Assembly: GCF_009834535.1 (NCBI RefSeq)
Contig: NC_045697.1
Location: forward strand, 85,004,001-85,068,000
Length of the DNA: 64,000 nucleotides
Source: Camelus ferus
Taxonomy: Eukaryota
Direction of reading: 5' to 3'
Made by a program: the position numbers and the translations under genes. The notes beneath the pieces are model-generated. The model made no database searches. It was not told the DNA's origin and saw nothing but the letters and a program-made list of their open reading frames with translations. Positions 37,180 to 50,039 of the stretch are shown in pieces. Positions within the stretch are counted from its first letter, which is position 1. Each line of letters opens with the position of its first letter.

Positions 37180-37690
37180 CACAGAAGACAGAGACAGAGC
37201 ACGCAGCCTGCAGTGCTGAACCAGTTAATGGCTGCACCTCCAGGTCCTGAGGAACCTGGCAGGGCGGTAAGCTCCAGCCCTCATCCAGCTGGGTGGGAAG
37301 TGGAGTAAGGTGGGAGATAGCCCTCCCTTCACTTCTGACTTTATTTTTTGTTTACTAGATGCAGGGACTATGTGTCCACATTTCTGTGTAGGAAACAAAT
37401 TGCAGCAAAGTGCGATGCACAGTCAGCTTAAGGAACCCACCACGTATTGATAGATTTTCTTGTAAAATTGGTCCGGTACAAAGAATATATCATATTAAAA
37501 TATTCCATGCTATCTCGAGTAGCAAATGAGCCAATGAGATGTACAAGGTCTGGCCCAAAATGTTAGTTGGCTCCCCTGCTTCTGAAATATAGGCGGTACC
37601 TTAAGGAGACCGCCGGTTAGTGTGGCGGGAAAAAAATGGCATCATGACCTGGAGTGCTCATCATCAGGCCCCACGCTGCAAACTTTTCTA
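37180..37690. promoter_or_regulatory. Candidate promoter/enhancer with retained CpGs
   Basis: Locally raised GC and CpG outside recognisable repeats; AGCCAATGAG (37529-37538), E2F-like GGCGGGAAA (37624-37632), YY1-like AAAATGGC (37634-37641). Confidence 0.3.
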
Positions 37691-38075
37691 TCTTCCTGGA
37701 GTCACACATCACCTGTTATGCTCATAGCTGTTAGGAATGTCTCCATGCTTGGCAAGATTCTACACATGCACATAACATATGTACGTAACATTTCATGTGT
37801 CCTTTTATCTAAATTCTCATCCCTCAACAAAATAATTGTCATTTGCATTACAACTATCTCTCTGGCTGTAATGAAATCAAGACCAATTCCTCACTGCAGG
37901 TTCCTGTTTCTTCTTCACCTTTCTCATGTGACTCATCTGACCAAGGGCTTCCAGAAGGTGAAGGCTTCATCGCACTTGCATGTAGTTCCACGAGAGCAGG
38001 GAACTTTGTTCTGTTCACCAGTGTAACCCAAGTGCATGGCTTATTGTAGGTGTTCAGTAAAAACTTGTTGACTTG
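37690..38075 (+). mobile_element. LINE-2 3' fragment
   Basis: TGTAGTTCCACGAGAGCAGGGAACTTTGTTCTGTTCACCAGTGTAACCCAAGTGC...GTAGGTGTTCAGTAAAAACTTGTTGA (clear for 37975-38075; left boundary uncertain). Confidence 0.6.
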
Positions 38076-38729
38076 TGTTGTTTGTATGTACCTCTGACTT
38101 GTATTGTTCACTGCATGTATTTTTTATTCTCATAACTATCTTTTTTTAACACTGGAAAGTTTTCTGCAACCAAGTTTTGCTCTATCCATCTCCACCGAGT
38201 TCACCCTCAGCTTCCCCCTCTGACCATACCTAATGCGTTAGCACATGGTGAAGTTTCCATCAAAACTCAGGTTCACTCATACACCTTTGTTCTGTTAAAG
38301 ACTGCTAGCCTAGGTGGCTCTAACCGTAACTATATTTAAAGAGACCCACCCTTATGCTTTTTGTACAAATATTTCTCAATGACAAAACAGTCTTTAAGAC
38401 AAAATAAATGAACTTTTATAACTGAGAGAATCTTAGTGATCATGTAGTTCAAAACCTTTTTGTAAATGAGGAAATCAGGTATCAGAGAGCTTTAAAAATT
38501 ATTGAAGATTGTATCACCACTAGTAATTACCCAATAAATAATTGTTGCTTATTGATTCTGGACATAGAAAAGCACTTGATTTTTTTATAGCTCTACAAAT
38601 TACAAAACATTTATGAAAACCTATCCTAAATTAATATAGGACCTCTTTATAATACAGTCTAGGACTACCAAGAAATAAAAAATTTATATTATCTGCTTGT
38701 TCCGTGTTAAAATATGTAATAGTTCATAT

Positions 38730-38840
38730 ATAAATGTATGTGTGTATGTATGTGTATATATATAAACTGAATCACTATGCTGTACACAAGAAAATAACAT
38801 AACATGGTAAGTCAATTATACTTCATTTTTGAAAAAAAAG
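38730..38840 (+). mobile_element. Short L1 3' end
   Basis: AACTGAATCACTATGCTGTACACAAGAAAATAACATAACATGGTAAGTCAATTATACTTCA plus an A-run. Confidence 0.75.
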
Positions 38841-39329
38841 AACGTAATAGGAAAATTCTTAAAAAAAAAAAAAAAAAAAACCCTCTCAGCTCCTGACATT
38901 CTAGCTCTGGCTTCCAAGGGCTTCAGACTATTTCTCTTCCACTGGGGAGACCAATTGTTATTAAATATCTGCAATTAAGTGTAACATGAGGACTTAAATG
39001 GACTCAAATTTTTTAAATTGTAGCTTAACTTTTTAGCCAAGTAAGAATTTGCTTCAATTAAATAGCACCACATTTAGCTAGCAGCAGGAACAAGCCAACA
39101 AAGTTGAGGGCAATTAAATATATATTTAAAAATACTATCTGTGAACTTAATTTTATGTCAGAGTCTAAAGGAATATAAAGATGAACAAGTAGAACTCTCT
39201 GTTTCAGGAAGCTTAGAATTTATTAGCACAGATAAAGAACACCCACGATGACAACATACAACAGAAAATTAAGAGGTATACCTGGAGTGGCTCTAGTTTT
39301 ATGATGAGCCAAGAATAAGTCTGGGAATA

Positions 39330-39540
39330 TGGTAGGTCTGGGTAGGTGAGAAGCAAGAAGAGGAGAGAGAGGAGTGGAAACCCAGTTCATTGCAAGGACA
39401 AGACTCAGAGTTTACCACATCACCTCTACTCACATGCTGTCAGCAAGAACTCAGTCATATGGTCACCCCTAGCTACAAGGGACACTGGAAAATGCAGTCT
39501 CTAGCTGGCAGCCCATGTGCCTGGCTAAGAGTGGAGTTTT
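39330..39540 (-). mobile_element. MLT1 LTR fragment
   Basis: AGAACTCAGTCATATGGTCACCCCTAGCTACAAGGGACACTGGAAAATGCAGTCTCTAGCTGG is the reversed MLT1J/K motif. Confidence 0.7.
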
Positions 39541-40279
39541 AAGTTGAATTTTAACTAACTTTTCCCTGTATCTATTGAGATGATCACATACATTTTTCTT
39601 GTAACGTGTCCTTGCAGTGAATTGTATTAATAGATATACTAGTTGGAGCAATTTTGCATACCTGAAATAAACCCAGTGTGCTATCAGCAGTATCTCTTAT
39701 ATACATTTCTGGATTTGGTTTGCTGATTATTTTAGAAGTTTGCACTTACGCTGATATTTTTGACCAATTACAGATACACTTTTTTCTTATTGATGGTAAT
39801 GGACTTATTTTAACCTCCAGACTACTTCTGTTGGGCTTAAATATTCCCCAGATTGTCCAAATTCGCTTATGACTTTTCGCTTCAAAAATCTGCACATATT
39901 AATAGAGGGGAACAGTGCTTCCCTAAACATGATCTGGATTGATGAGTATGGGGATCTGGTGTAGAAAGAGATCTCACCAGAGCCTGGGAACTCCATGGGA
40001 CACACCATAGTATCTGAGGGGGAAAAAAAGGTGTAAAGGTCACATTCCACAAAGGAATAAAAGAAAAATGAATGAAATTTTCCAGTTGGGAACCTTGAGT
40101 CTCAAGGTTGACAAATGCCCCAGACCAACTGCCTGTTTTAGCTTCTTGGAATTTCTGACTGTTGATAAATCACCTTGCTTGTTTAATACCATACATTAAA
40201 CAGGTGTTGGGTTTTATTCAAAATCTTATTCAAATATGTTGCAGATAGTTTTCATACATGCTATATCAGGAAGAGGTTT

Positions 40280-41218
40280 TCTTTATATTTATTCCACTCT
40301 GATGCCTTCAACTGCAGTCAGGTTTTTCTCATGGTGGACCTAATTTTACTGTCAAATCTATAAACACGAGCCTGTCCTCATCTCACTCAGCCCCTCCTGT
40401 AAAAGTTGATCACACACTCCCTTGAAACTCTCCCCTCTCTTAACTTACATGACACCACTTTCTTTGGCATTTCTTCTCCATCATTTGCTGCTCTTTCTCT
40501 ATCTCTCCACTGTCTCCTCTTTCTCGATCTCATGGGTAAATTTTGAAATGCCTTGTGGTTGGTTCCTGAGGTTTTTTTCCAGCTCTGCATTCTTTCCCTT
40601 GAGATCTCATGCGCTGTGGCATTAAGTGCCGTCTAAATTTAAACCTCTTGAGCTCCATGACCCTTTTAATTTGCCCATGTCATCCTCACTGTTGGGTCCC
40701 AATTAAATGTATTATCAGAATGTGTCCTCTCCCCAGGATCTCCCTTCTCAATGTACCCATCTACTAAAGTGAAAAGTATTTAAATAATTCTTTCCTTTCT
40801 TTTTCTCATTTCTCATCTCTAATTTATCAGCAGTTCCTGTTACTTCTAGTGCTAAAGCATATCTTAAAATGGCCACTGAACGCTACATGTTTTTTCCACA
40901 TCTATCCAAAGTATCGTAGTTTATCTTAGTATCAACTAAATACCAACTCCTCAAAGAGCTTGATCCTGGCCATCTTAGCTCAGTAGACTTACACAATTAA
41001 TCAGATCACCCTGTTCATTTCATTCAAAGTCCTTATCAAATCTCTCATCTCTTGTTTATGTATATGCTTGTTGATTTTCTTCACCCATTGGAATGTAAGC
41101 CTCTTGAGACCAAGACTGTCACTGTTTTATTCACTCATGAATCCCTAGTGCCTAGCACTAGGCCTGATAATTCTTATAGTTCATAAATGCTTATTGAGTG
41201 GTTGAATAGGTGAATCAG
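40280..41218 (+). mobile_element. LINE-2 (RT region to 3' tail)
   Basis: GTTGATCACACACTCCCTTGAAACTCTCCCCTCTCTTAACTTACATGACACCAC; GAATGTAAGCCTCTTGAG...ATCCCTAGTGCCTAGCAC...ATAAATGCTTATTGAGTGG. Confidence 0.75.
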
Positions 41219-41419
41219 TTACAAAGTGGTATTGAATGACACTGAATTGTTGGGTCTAATGGCCTCATGTAATTAACATTTGTGGTTGCCAGCATGGTCA
41301 TAATTTTCACTGATTTATTCTGAGTTTATAGATAAATCTGTTTATTAATATTCAGCCAGGCAGCTTACAATATGATAATGGCTACTAACTTATAATAATA
41401 GCATTAAAAAACAACATAA

Positions 41420-41800
41420 AAGTCCATCAGTTAGTGAATGTTTAAATAATTTACAGAATATCTGTATTGTATAATATTTTACAGCCTTTAAAAATGTTAA
41501 TGTAATTATGGTTATTTAATGAAAAAGCAATCATCATATAGTATTACAAGGAAAACAAGACTGCAAGGGAACACTTATAATACGATCTCATTTTTAGTAA
41601 ACATACAAACACATAGAAGAAAATATGTAAAAATATATGCAAAAATGCTAGCAATAGTTACACTTTGATAGGGGAAATATAAGTAATTTTCACTGCTTTC
41701 TTTCTGCCTTTCTTATGTCATAAATATCCTCAAACTAAATATATCCTGGACAGGGATTGTTTTGTAATTAGAAAAATAGCCTATATGACTAGTTTTATTT
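41420..41800 (+). mobile_element. L1ME-like 3' end
   Basis: AAGTCCATCAGTTAGTGAATGTTTAAATAA...ACAGCCTTTAAAAATG...TTTTGTAATTAGAAAAA. Confidence 0.6.
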
Positions 41801-43544
41801 TGAAAGAAAAAGAAAGATAATATGGTTGCTGAAAATTAATCTCTATCATTTTCAAAAAGTTTTTCTATGTTTGAATCTTTAGCAGACAAAACAACCCTTA
41901 TAATGTAATTTAGAAAGAAAATAAAATGAAAGCATTTCATAAAGAAAAAATACCTGAGATTTTCCACTTTTATTTTATTTTGTTTATTCTTAAACATTAT
42001 ATACGAGTTCCACATTCCATCACTCCCTTTTACTTTCATGTTTTCCATAAATCGTAGTGTCTCTGTCACCTTTAAGTTAATAACTTTTGGGCAAGAAAAT
42101 AAAGCTTTCATTTTTTTCATTAAATTTGAATGAACTACAGAATGGAGTTTGTGTTTCCAGTGGTTATGAAATTTATATTCTTGGCAGCCGAGACCAAGAG
42201 TCCAAAAGGGAAAAACGGATGTAAGGGGTAGGTGTGGAAGCAGAAACACCTCTGAAGCAGAATTACCTCTTCCCTCCTTCCTTTTTTTGCCACCAAAAAG
42301 TCATGACTGAGGAGGGACAACATGACAAAGGAAGCTGGTCTTCTCTGTTCATTTCATGAGGACCAATGAGAATTTTGCTTGGACACAATGGCTGGGGTGG
42401 TAGAACGTCCATTCTTCAAATCCTTTCCCTTCATATTCACACATTTGCCCATGTATTTGGATAACTAGGCAGTATTTCAGCAAAAATAATTATGAAGCAA
42501 TTCCAAATGAAGTGGAAAAAAAAAACTACAAAGGTTGATTCTGTTTCTCTTTTATTTTTATAGTATCACAAATAGGAAATTTTCTTAGTATGAGGAGCAT
42601 TGCATTCTAAGGGAAATTAAGGATTAAAATTAATGCCTCAGCTACATAATTGAGGCTCCATAGGTGAATTTCAAATTGATTTGGGAAATATTGCTGTCAC
42701 TGTGCGGTAAAGTAATGGAGACTGTCTAAGATTATGTAATCCAAATGTTATTGCTTTTTAAAACAAATGAAATTCACCTCTGAATTTTATGGCTAGCTAT
42801 CTGTAATCTAATCAAAGTTGTATGTTCCTGGTGCAGCAAACTTTCTGTGACAACATTGTCATTCCTACTTTCAATGTAAAGTTGTAAAGGAAACTGTTCT
42901 TCTTTTATTTTCTCTTGTCTTTCACCAGGTCGTCAAAGTTCCCTGACTAGATTCCTTGCAATCACCTCATTAGAGATGCTTGTCCAACTTAGGAAGTAAC
43001 AAGGGGTACTTCTAACAACAATGCAATTCTGAATACTTGATGGAAAGTAAATACATATCTGCTTATGATCAACTTTTCTAGCTTATTTTGGAACTATTAC
43101 TAGGCAAAACAGAGGAGCACCATTACTTCCTGATTCACATATGGGAGATTTAATTAGTGCACACACTGGGGACCTATTTCAGGGCATAAAAATGGTGGCA
43201 ACTCATACTAGGATATTTGTGAGGCAATTTAAAATGTCTGCTGTAAGTTTAGCAAATTTAATGAGCTGAGTAATACCACTGATAGTGGGGAGAGCCTTTG
43301 GCAGTCTTTTGTGACATGTACAAGTCACTTTCATGTTTGGGAATAATTATACTGAAGAGTGATTTTATAAATCAAATGGCTATAATGGAAATGATCGAAT
43401 GATGCCAAGCCTGCATATTTCTCAGACTTTGCATTCTTCTTCACAAGTGGGGCCACCTGACCCCCACATCAATACTTGTTTTTCCTTTAGACTCCAGAAA
43501 TAATTGTGATTTTGGTTGGAAATTAAAAGAATGCAGATTTAAAG

Positions 43545-44425
43545 ACATTCATATTAGAATGGCTACTGAGAATCAAGAAGACAAGAAACAATAGGGGCTG
43601 GCAAGGATGGGATGAAAAGGAAACCCTTGTGCACTGTTGATGGAAAATAAATTGTTATAGCCTCTATGGAAAACAATATGGAAATTTCTCAAAAAATTAA
43701 AAATAGATCTACCATTTGTTTCAGCAGTTCCACTTCTGGGTATATACCCAAAAGAAATAAAAACTGGATTTTGAAGAGTTACATGCATTCCCATGTTTAT
43801 TGCAGCTTAATTCATAATAGTCAAAATATGGAGACAACCTAAATGCCCATCAATGAATGCACAGATGAAGAAGAAGCTATACACACACACATGCATGCAT
43901 GCACATGCACGCACACACAGATACACATAGTGAAATATTATTCTGCCAGAAGAAAGGAGGACATCCTGCCATCTGCAACAACATGGACGCCTATGGAGCA
44001 CATTACTCTAAGTGAAATAAGTCAGACAAAGAAACAAATACTGTATGATATCACTTATGTGTGGAATCTAAAAAGCCAAACTTATAAAAGCAGAGAATAA
44101 AATTGTAGTTACCAGGGGCTGAAAAAAGAGGAGATAAGATAGATATTGTTTAAGGGTGCAAACTTGCCATGAGTAGTAAATAAGCCAGAGATCTAATGCA
44201 CATTATAATGAATATTATAGCATAACATTGTACTATAATTATTAAACTTGCTAAGAGACTAGAAATTAATTATTCCAGCTACTAAAAAGAAAGGATAATT
44301 TTGTGATGTGATAGAGATGCTGAATATCACTACAATGGCAATCATATTACAAAATATAAATGTATCAAATTAACATATACCTTAAATCTACACACTGTTA
44401 TATGTCAAATACATTCAATAAAATA
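43545..44425 (+). mobile_element. L1 ORF2 C-terminus plus L1MA-like 3'UTR
   Basis: TATTAGAATGGCTAC, GGAAACCCTTGTGCACTGTTGATGG, CAGCAGTTCCACTTCTGGGTATATACCC, CATTACTCTAAGTGAAATAAGTCAGAC; ends TTCAATAAAA. Confidence 0.9.
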
Positions 44426-45439
44426 TCAAATTATACATAGTGAATATAATTTTCTGTTTCTCCTTTTAACAGATGAAAATATTAAAATGAAGATTCAAAT
44501 ATTTAAATAAGTGAATAAGCAAAGACATTAAAGAGAGAGGGACAAAAAATAAAAAGCTAAAACTGGGAAGCAACAGTCTGTTACAACATTATAGAAAGAA
44601 AATGGCCATATTGGAATTAATGAGCAATAGGATACAAATCTATTTTACAGCACCTTTGCAGCTCTGAAGTCCCACTCATGACTCCTCAGCCCTGGGAGGA
44701 GAGAGTTGTGCTCCTCTGAGACTCTACCTCCCTGAACCACAGTCCAAAGGTCGACTCCAGACTGAAAGCTGGGTGATTATAAGGTCACTATGCATGTTTC
44801 CCTTCTCTCAGGGATCTTAGACCCATGAGGCCTATTGTCCAGTATCTGAAAAGTTACTTCCTTTAATTTGTCCAGTTCTATTCTTGTGAACAGCATGAGG
44901 GTAAGCCTGCTACCAGTTACTCTGTTATGCCCTCTGCACAAGAGTCTAAACTTTCCCTTTCCTGTACTCTGAAGTTTGTGTTGGATGCATGCTAGACTTT
45001 CTCACTCTATTCTTTGAGTCTCCTAGCCTCTTTCCACATATTTCGTATCTTTCTTTCTCTGCTAAATTCTAGAAAAAAATCTTTTGACTTGTATTTCATT
45101 TCATTAGTTTTCTCTTCATCTGAATCGAACATGCTGATAAATTCATTGGCAAAGTTTTTGTAATTTATCTTATTTTTAATCTGAAGAAATTAATTTTATA
45201 TCTGCTTAGTTACTTTCACAGTTTCCAGCTCCAGATACATCTCATCTCATATTTTTTATTCAACATAGCAAACAAATGTAATTTCTGTGATAATTTCACA
45301 CTTAAATCTTTGTAGATCTCTTTCTGCATCTTTTGTTTCTGTTGATTCTCACTCATGGTGTTTCTGTTGCTTTTATGTTTGGATTTTTTTCCTCTGAGCT
45401 ATTCATTATCCTAGAAGTAGTATTTATTTTGATTCCGTC

Positions 45440-46720
45440 ATGAATTTAACAAATATTTATTTAGCTCTTACTATGTGACAAGTAATTTATTCTCATTTCT
45501 CAGGGAGCCTATATTCCAGTGAGAGAAGAGCCAATAAACAAGTAAATTATACACCACATACAGGTGCATGCTCACGGTTTTTAATTAGTTAAATTATGAT
45601 GTGTGTTAGTGGGAAAAAATAGTTTAGGAAAAAAAGGAAATTAAATGATTGAAAAGATCACAAGTAGGATGGCCAGGGAGGGCCTCATTGAAGGATGTAC
45701 AGTAAATGGCCCTGTGTACTTGTGGGAGAATAGCACTACATACAAGAGATTAGGGACAACAAATGCAACAACCGTGAGGCCAGAGCATGCCTAGAGTGTT
45801 CAAGAAATAGGAAGGAGCCATGCTGCTGATTGGACATTTTATTTGGAATTAAAACAAGCATTCAGGTCCACATGATCATCTGGGAGTACAGGGCCACTGG
45901 TAGGGAGACAGGAAGTGAGAGAAGAAAGGGTATTTTTCAAGTTGCTAATACTACGGGTAGGGGAGTTTAATCCCAAATTGACATCTCTGGGAGACAGAGT
46001 AAAACTGAAACCAGGGAGCTGGGATATTTATCTAAGAATTCCTGTCAGTCATTGGTTGAGAGCTGCTCCCAGAAAATATTAATTCTTGGCATTTCTCACC
46101 AGCCTCACTGCAGACAATTGGGTTCCACTGGCAAGGAAAAAAAAAAAAAAAAAAAAGAAACCCTCAGGCATGGAAATACAGGCACTGGCATGTGGAGTTG
46201 GGGCTGTGTGTTCTGACCGGGTAAACTAGAGAGTTGTGGGTGGGATACTGACAGCATCTGCCACACGGAACACATAGGAGAGTAGCAGGAAGTGAGGCCG
46301 AGAAGTGAAGGGAGCAGAAGTTTGAGGCCCTGGAGTTCACTGCAAAGACTTTTGCATTTCCTCTGGGTGAGGTAAGAATCATTTAAAGAGTCTTGAGCAT
46401 AGGAATTACATGACTGACATTTTAACAGGCTGGTTCTGACTACTATACTGCAAATAGTTCCTAGGGAGACAAAGACAGAAGCAAGGGCACCACTGAGAAG
46501 ATGATTGCGATACTCCAACAGAGAGATGATGTGGCATACTGGAAAGACAAATAGGATTTACTAACAGACGGGATGGGAGGTGTGAGAAACTGAATTGTCA
46601 GGAATGATACTGAGATTTTTGGCCTGAGTAGCTGGAGGAACAAAAGCACTATTAATTGAGATGCAGGAGACTATAGGAGAAGCTAAATGAAAGTAAATTT
46701 CTCCACGGAGAATTTGTAAT
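45440..46720 (-). mobile_element. LINE-2 interrupted by an LTR
   Basis: TTTAACAAATATTTATTTAGCTCTTACTATGTG (reversed L2 tail); resumes after 46265 with L2 motifs such as GGAATGATACTGAGATTTTTGGCCTGAGTAGCTGGAGG. Confidence 0.75.
45830..46265 (-). mobile_element. ERVL-type LTR (LTR16/LTR33-like) nested in L2
   Basis: Ends GTGGGATACTGACAGCATCTGCCACA (minus-strand start TGTGGCAGATGCTGTC); contains CCTGTCAGTCATTGGTTGAGAGCTGCTCCC. Confidence 0.65.
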
Positions 46721-47659
46721 TGTGTCTGGCAGGCCCCTAGTTCAAGGCCATTTAAACCAAGTTCCTGAGTGGAAAGTTTGCACCACCCAGGGGATGTGGA
46801 CTTGTGTTGAGAGTCTGCCCTGGGACCAGCTTGGGATTTGGGTTGCACCTTCTCAGTGGAGTTTATTTTCTACTTCCTGCTCTTCCCAGTGCCTAAGAAA
46901 TGTTCTTTGTGGTCCCCAGGGGTTGGGGGAGGGCTATATTACTTGTTTCACCTCACTTTGAGGGTGTAGCACTTGGGGCCTCAGCTTTAGTGGAACTCCA
47001 ACTTGGAAAGATCTGAGACTTTGAATTATGTCTCCAGAACCCTGTAAGTCCTACAAAGTCATCCAAGCCAAAGCTGAGATTTTCCAAGTCTGTGGAAAAC
47101 CCTCAAAACGAAGCAGGTTCAATGCCCCCAACTCAAGCCTCTGTATTCCACCTTCATTTAGATTTAAATCAGGTGGTTCTTTATTATATTATTAGACCTT
47201 TCATGCTTTTAAGGAGAGTTTTTAAAGAAATTTATCCAGCATTCCTAATAGTGTTGGTTTGTTTTCTGCAGGAAATTTTCAGACCCAGCTTCTGTCTAAA
47301 TGCATCATTGATCTTTAAGTAATTGACACAGTATTCCATTACTCTTTCACTTAATGAAAAACAAATATTTTTGGAGAATCTTGCAGATCTTAAGGACTAC
47401 GATCTGAGCAGTCTCCGTAATGCAATAGTCTCACTCCCCTTTCTGCAATAATCCTTTTGAATAAAGTCTCTCCTTACCTCAGATTTAATTAATTAATTAA
47501 ATATTTAAACATCTACTCTGAATGATGACAAGCCTAGGTCAAAACAACATTGCACTGTTATTGCTGTGAGTTATTACCAGAGAAAACTCAAGAGATTTTA
47601 AGGGTCTAGGTAACATTCTTTACACATAGAGCTCTCATGCAAGGCATTGCGAGGCTGGA

Positions 47660-47869
47660 CAGGAGGGTAGCTAGGAACTGACTCTGAAACAGAGATGACG
47701 ATTTGGAATTCCCATTCTACCAGTTCTTGCTGTGTCATCTTGGGAAAGTTCCTTACCTGCTCTAACTCTTCATTTCTTCACATGTGAAATAAGGCAGTGA
47801 GAAATGTATGTCATGAAAATGCCTAAATATCATGGTACACACAGTAAGGACTCAAGAAAGGTTAGTCAC
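47660..47869 (+). mobile_element. MIR
   Basis: GAATTCCCATTCTACCAGTTCTTGCTGTGTCATCTTGGGAAAGTTCCTTACC. Confidence 0.65.
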
Positions 47870-48343
47870 TGTGTTAGATTCTATTGCCATCAAACAAATT
47901 ACTGCAAATTTAACGGCTTAAAAGACAACACAATTTCATTTAGTTCTGTAGTTAGAAGTCCAATGCAGGCCTCACTGGGCTGCAACAAACAGAGAGGCAA
48001 GGCTGCCTTCCTTTCTGGAGGCTTTGCCTTCTCCAGCTCCTGGGGCTGGCTACATCCCTTCCCTACGACCCTCTTCCTCCATCCTCAAAGCCACCAATGG
48101 TAGGTGAGCTCCTCTCACACTGCCATCTCTTTGATTCTCTGTAGCTGGGAAATATCCTCCACATTTAAGAACTCATGTGATTAGCTTGGTCTCTAATGCA
48201 AATCCGGGGTAATCTTTCCATCTCAAGGTCCTTGACTTTAGTGTCCCCATCTCAAAGTCTTTTTTTCCATATAAGGTAATATAGTCACAGGTCTCTGAGA
48301 CTAAGATACTGATATTTTGTGGGGCCATTATTCTGCCTGCCAT
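47870..48343 (-). mobile_element. MaLR LTR (MLT1C/D-like)
   Basis: TGTGTTAG...AACAAATTACTGCAAATTTAACGGCTTAAAAGACAAC ... ATAAGGTAATATAGTCACAGG...GGGGCCATTATTCTGCCTGCCA. Confidence 0.85.
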
Positions 48344-48659
48344 TTGTTTGCACTTAAGGATTTTAATTAAGCTAATTCAGCATAATGGCTGCAAACTTTA
48401 ACCAACCATAACCCATCAGTATGCTTCATGCCCGCATTGATCTGACCTCTAAAGCACTAGCACCACATAGAAATTCCAAAAATGAGACTGTGATCTTTAA
48501 CAAGAAAGGAAAAAGGAGAAATAAACTTGTAGGGAGTTGGGAATTAAATTTTCTTAATCACCATCCTGCATTTATTCTGGGGTAGGATGGTGTCATAGCT
48601 CTTCCCTACTCATTTCTTCACTCCAGATTATGCCTCAGTTTCTTTTAGTCACACTTTAT

Positions 48660-48770
48660 GTTTTCTTTTATTGAGGAGTAGTTGACATATAACATTATAC
48701 TAGTTTCATGTGTACAACACAATGATTCGATATTTGTATACATTGTGAAATGATCACCGATAGTAACTCT
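48660..48770 (-). mobile_element. Short L1 3' end
   Basis: TTTATTGAGGAGTAGTTGACATATAACATTATACTAGTTTCATGTGTACAACACAATGATTCGATATTTG. Confidence 0.75.
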
Positions 48771-48993
48771 ATATATCAAGATCATATTTTACAATAATTA
48801 TTTGAATTTGAATTCCATTATGAAATACATCCTATCAGGATAGTCACAAATAGTATGCAGTTCTGAGTCAAATAATAATAAGTTCATTTGTTTGAACTTC
48901 AGTAGATTGATTTTATCTATTCCTATTTTATTAACATATATACTTTGATCCTTGTATGTTTCAAAGGAAGTTTGAGTGACATATGAAGAATAA

Positions 48994-49140
48994 GGGAGGG
49001 TATAGCTTAGTGGTAGAGTGCGTGCTTAGCATGCATGAGGACTTGGGTTCAAACCCCAGTACCTCCACTTAAATAATTGATTAATTAATTAATTAACTGA
49101 ATTATCTCCCCCCTCCAAAAAGAGGACCATTAAAAAAAAA
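48994..49140 (+). mobile_element. tRNA-Ala(AGC)-derived SINE, camelid Vic-1-like
   Basis: GGGAGGGTATAGCTTAGTGGTAGAGTGCGTGCTTAGCATGCATGAGGACTTGGGTTCAAACCCCAGTACCTCCA; A box 49003-49013, B box 49046-49056; AT-rich middle and A-tail; approximate TSD AAGAATAA/AAGAATGA. Confidence 0.88.
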
Positions 49141-50039
49141 AGAATGAACAAATAATGTAAAATTTTAGTGAGACACTGTGCTGAAAAGGAGTTAAATAAC
49201 TTGGAATTGGACAGAGTTTGGGTAGGCACCATGATAGGGGCCCAGTAGGAATAATTCATTCTCCCAGGATTTTTTTTTTTTTTTTCAAATCATCTGAGTC
49301 TTCAACCAAATCCAATTGGAAGTAAAATAAGCTACAGCACTTGATGAGTCACAGGGCACTGTCACCATGTCACCTTGCAAGAGAAGTCACTCAGATACAG
49401 CAAAGTGGCCAGGTTCCTTTTTGTACTGGTGACAGCTGGCTATGTCCAGGTCGAGGCTGAGAGTGGCAGGGCAGGAGATGATTGTTCTGCCTCCTCTCTG
49501 GGGTGAGAAACTCCTAAAGCTGTGACACTAACAACCTTTGCAGCTTCACACTTTTAAATGTACTATTTCCAGAGCTAGAGCCTTCTCTTCTCTAGTACCT
49601 TCTCTTTGGAAGGAAACACACACACACGTGCAGGCACATACACACAGTTCTAAGGCGTAAGTATGATGAAGCCTCATGCTCTCTGCTTAGGTTTTCTTCT
49701 GGTAATGATGGTGGGATAGTTCATCCTTTAAGCATCCCATTTATACAATTATAAATAGGTATATTAAGAACGTGTAAAAAATTTGTATGCTCTCCCTTCT
49801 AGTGCCCTTCTCCCTCTGGTACTAACACTGAGACATGTTCAAAATATTCTGAAAATAAAAGAAAGCTCATCCTTATGTTGTGTCACGTGTCAAAAACTTA
49901 AATATATAAATCTTGCATTTGCTGAGCCCCCTTATTTGTGCTCCTACCTGATTCAGTTGACCTAAATTTTTTTTTTTTTTTTGATGCCTGTCTCAGGTCC
50001 AGGGATCTCAGCCGATGGTATAGTATCATTTAACAAAAA

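Noticed and set aside
42895..43050. Strong plus-strand acceptor TTTTCTCTTGTCTTTCACCAG| at 42928
   Set aside because: All frames close quickly and no strong donor follows.
48994..49067. Possible functional tRNA-Ala(AGC) gene
   Set aside because: It has acceptor- and T-stem mismatches and is followed by a SINE body, A-tail and TSD-like flanks rather than a T-run terminator, so it is a SINE.
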